A stretch of 64,000 nt of DNA from Obrimoposthia wandeli (lineage: Eukaryota): positions 1-64,000 of the forward strand of contig CDROCS010003925.1 of NCBI GenBank assembly GCA_977020255.1. Reading direction: 5' to 3'. The notes beneath the pieces were generated by a model, which saw nothing but the letters and a program-made list of their open reading frames with translations, was not told the DNA's origin and made no database searches. Below, piece after piece: positions 61,401-64,000 of this stretch. Within the stretch, counting starts at the first letter, position 1, and each line of letters begins with the position of its first letter. The position numbers and the translations under genes are program-made.

Positions 61401-61740
61401 AAATTTCACAGTAAAATGTTGTTTGAAAGTTTGTGAATAATAATTTTAATATTTTAGCACCTTAATAAATATGTCATTACTGCTATTAATAAAATAAAAT
61501 TTAGTTTTTTGTTGTTACATTTTTTCATTGATACAATTTTAACTTATATAAAAATAACTTTACTGGAGTTTTTAAGTAATCATCATTATCATGTTTATGA
61601 AGAATATTCTATTTTGGCTAATCTAGATACCTTACAACCTGGACGTACTTCAAGGTGTAAAGAAAATCCACGTTGATATGGTAGCAAAAGAGGGTAGTGA
61701 CGAATCTGAATGGGATCTGGATTGTCGAGCATTGAGAAAG
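43459..61740 (+). CDS. MYCBPAP: MYCBP-associated protein, at least 12 exons, 3' end not found in the window
   Basis: Phase-consistent GT-AG exons 43459-43465, 43503-43648, 43694-43969, 48080-48311, 49466-49585, 53628-53805, 55621-55819, 57355-57432, 59956-60028, 60662-60843, 61188-61346 and 61627-61740. Motifs VVPHSILGSAEDF, LWQKRMAERRALQDHI, LNLHNLGSSVIRLWW, RFYF..ILLPQE..IVFKA..GIFTEQWRL..P.L..VSLRGVA.QQD and WDLD..LRK. The first two tiny exons are less certain. Confidence 0.85.
44150..44800 (-). mobile_element. Degenerate retrotransposon-like coding remnant (possibly non-LTR, RLE type)
   Basis: GC-elevated, broken reading frames (KKSW..NATFRTIL.A..; ..MHIL...RARLNAL). The resemblance is weak. 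Confidence 0.3.
45560..45700 (+). mobile_element. Tc1-like transposase C-terminal remnant
   Basis: SIEDFWSILKQKMFAKYWK..IKRRIKKC resembles PIExFWxxLKxxVY. Confidence 0.5.
45900..46720 (+). mobile_element. hAT (Charlie/SPIN/ZBED5-type) transposase remnant
   Basis: EVQWLFHDNVLNRFVEYLPVILQFL..VGYLLDI..FNDLNK*LQ matches EVRWLSRGxVLxRF..LAYLxDI..LNxLN..LQ. End coordinate approximate. Confidence 0.65.
46790..47891 (+). mobile_element. piggyBac deletion derivative
   Basis: C-terminal Cys-rich domain DVVKYNYEHLP..KQCSTLCQMKCIKCHVFLCC..RNCYLAF (47563-47787). The tentative ends TTAA-CCCTTTC and GAAAGGG-TATA match over only 7 bp. Confidence 0.6.
50220..50720 (-). mobile_element. Possible hAT-type transposase remnant
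   Basis: Broken minus frame VLCIDYST..RIIGLVSETSNIMFGRINEIQVLL resembles the DGAxxMxGxxxGV region. Confidence 0.3.
52700..53200 (-). mobile_element. Tc1/mariner (DD37D-like) transposase remnant
   Basis: FADDPCTTQCEVSQEVGLSASSVKTI (HTH) and INFSYEAWFHSKGA (FSDEAxFHLxG). Confidence 0.6.
54548..55100. mobile_element. hAT (Ac/ZBED-type) transposase remnant in two opposite orientations
   Basis: Plus: LENYFGF..ILITATVLDPAIK (ATxLDPRFK). Minus 54548-54904: FHTNWRFIELMNTIER..KLLINLVSKLNRFF (TRWNS..L.PF-like). Confidence 0.45.
57457..58172 (+). mobile_element. Tc1/mariner internally deleted element, copy 2 (716 bp)
   Basis: TA-CAGGGTGTCCC...GGGATACCCTG-TA. ORF 57601-57978 encodes the intact paired-HTH N-terminus fused to the last residues (NGGHIEH); the catalytic core is deleted. 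Confidence 0.92.
60482..60507 (+). repeat. (CA)n microsatellite
   Basis: cacacacacacacaaacacacacaca. Confidence 0.8.
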
Positions 61741-64000
61741 GTTTGTCGGTCTTTGTGCTGCAACAAGAAAATTGTTTTTTTCATAATTTAAAATGCATAT
61801 TCATACGACATTGTCAGTTCTGCTTACATAAAATAACAAACTAGAACTTCGTTTTAAATCGTGTGACTTCAACTTATTCTCAAATTTTAAATAGTTACGA
61901 TGTGTAGCTTTCTTCTTTGAAGTTTATTACGAATTACTCTTTTGTTGTAATTGTTTTTTTTGCTTGAAATAAAATGAAAATATGTTTAGATAAATTTTGT
62001 TTTTCATCCTACTATAAAAATATACAAAATTATGCTTAGCATGAACTTCTTTGCTTTGTTCAGCACACGTGACATCGACAAACATCAAAAACCAAGCGCT
62101 GGAAAGTCACTATAGTGCTTTAATCTGAAAATTCTCAAGGTATCAAATTCAATTCAAAGCCTCATTTTTCAAAGAATGCAATAATTAAATAGAATCAGAT
62201 ATAAATATAGAAATGTGCTTATAAAGGTAACCTAGGGTAGAATTAACTTTGACAGTTTTTTAAAACTATTTAAACCCTGTAAAACCAATTTACGGTTTTG
62301 ACAATTTCATACATGTTGAAAGTTCTATGTGCAAAATATTGCAAAATGCGTATAGGGTTAAGGTTAAAATTTGTGTGAGGTTTACTCGTGTTTGCGTTAA
62401 AGAGTTACTCATCCTCAGAGAAATGAATTTGAGTAACTGTTACACAAAATCTCACGGAAGCTTTTCATTAAGTTTTTTTATATTGTAGTGGGTCGTATTT
62501 GTTAAGAAGAACTGACGATTTGGTATGAACCGAACGCGGTTCAAATTGATCCGGGCCTCCAATAGTTATGTTAGCAGTAGTATTATGCAGCTCCTATAAA
62601 ATAGTAAAAACAAGCCCTACCTATAATTTCTAATAGATGGAGATGAAAGCTACATGAATATGACCCCACGACAATTGGACATTTGTTTTCCTGTGTAATT
62701 TATTTTGAAATCATTTAAGATTAGTAACACAAAATCAAGTATAGCGTACAAATGTATTTTTTTGAAAGTTTCCAATTAAATTGTCATTTGAAAATAGTAT
62801 AATGATTTAATATGATGCTGAAGATCGAAGGTGTTTTTTATTAGTCAGGAACCTATCATGTCAAAGGATTCTTTAAGTGTAAAAACATGGATACTTTAGT
62901 ATTGTGTAACAATTGCTCATTATACTTTTATCTAAACTGTAACCGAAAATATGTAACATGTCATAATTTATATCTGATAGAATAAACATAACAAATTTAA
63001 ACATGTGACTTGATAAATAAATTAGAAAATAAAATAATTATTTTTAATGTAAACTAAATATTATTTGTTTTGTATTTGATGAAATAATTAGGCATTATTT
63101 TGTAATGAAAAGATTAAGCTTTTAATTAATCAAATTCGATTATTTTATAGAGTTTATTATTTGATGATTTTTGCCGTTTATTTAACCAAAAATGACCAAA
63201 TTAGTAAATTCATAATTTTGTGTTCTTAATAAGCATATTTTTAATTTTGACTTTATTTATCAAAATATAAAAATACTTTATTTATAAATATAGTTAAACT
63301 GTCATATTATTACTATAGCATTTTGAAATAAAGTATGGTATAAGAATGGATAATGGATCTTAAATTTTATACATGTCTGTAAAAATATAATTAATATAAA
63401 AAGTAAAATAAAGAACATTGGTTGCGTAATCGATGAAAATATTACAAAGGAATGTCAAAATAATAAAGGGATAGGAAGATGCAACAAAGAAATATAAAAT
63501 GTTTATCCAATAAGAAAATACCGTTCTACTGAATGACTGCAATGCTGACGCATGCGATTATTACATCAATACTTGATTTTCAAAATTATTTAGCTTTTTT
63601 TTATTCTAGCTTGTTACTTAAATCGCTTGCAGAATTTTTTAAAACAACGCTGTCAGAATTATATTCATGTTAAAGTGAACATATAATGAAGTTTCCGAAT
63701 TAAGTTCAAAATTATATTCATTATCAAAAATGTTTTCTCTTATAAAACCAAATTATTTATATAATCTTTTTAAGCCTAGTGCTGTGCAAATGTATATACA
63801 TCGTAGGAGCAACGATCATGACTTCAGATTGATATTTAAAATTTATACCTCATCTTCACACCAATTTACCGATGAGTATAACAAATTGTAACAATGTTGA
63901 AAAATTCAAGAAGCTGCTGAAAACTTTACCATTCAGAAAGTATTATGAAGAATAATGGTAAATAGGATGCGCTTTTGAGTAATAAATTATATAATTATTA

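Noticed and set aside
62064-62139. Candidate next MYCBPAP exon with good splice-like flanks
   Set aside because: Stop codons occur in all three frames. The gene end is left unresolved.
62528-62563. tRNA/SINE B-box-like ggttcaaatt...gcctcca
   Set aside because: No A-box or cloverleaf can be built; too short to support.
15466-63542. Most 60-120 aa ORF-track calls in host introns
   Set aside because: Low-complexity I/F/K/N/L-rich translations expected by chance in very AT-rich DNA, often with TTG/GTG starts.
1-64000. Assigning a host species
   Set aside because: Short minimal introns, AT richness and a ciliary gene fit several invertebrate lineages; the sequence alone does not decide it.

Overview
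AT-rich metazoan (invertebrate-type) genomic DNA with spliceosomal genes; no prokaryotic features and no CRISPR array. (1) 1-13113 is a ~13 kb Polinton/Maverick (adintovirus-like) endogenous element. Its terminal inverted repeats run off the left edge and into a 150-N gap on the right. Recognisable core genes are a retroviral-type integrase with chromodomain, packaging ATPase, minor capsid/penton, two conserved small virion-type ORFs and the N-terminal half of pPolB. I found no major capsid protein, protease or polymerase catalytic domain. The unusual cargo is a spliced TBP-like gene, a RING-H2-like plus acidic Trp-repeat module spliced onto pPolB, a multi-SIM-like acidic protein, a DEDD-exonuclease-like ORF and a tandem pair of intact paralogous ORFs. 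Most genes have CCAAT+TATA promoters and several have 37-61 bp introns. (2) Two 3' exons of an unidentified host gene follow the gap. (3) A six-exon DLG-family MAGUK (SH3-HOOK-GK, apparently without PDZ domains) spans 17693-39171. (4) At least 12 exons of MYCBPAP run from 43459 to at least 61740. Host introns are full of decayed DNA transposons (Tc1/mariner, hAT, piggyBac, MULE) and two dispersed copies of a pPolB fragment from another Polinton. All family assignments come from motifs recognised by eye, not from database searches.
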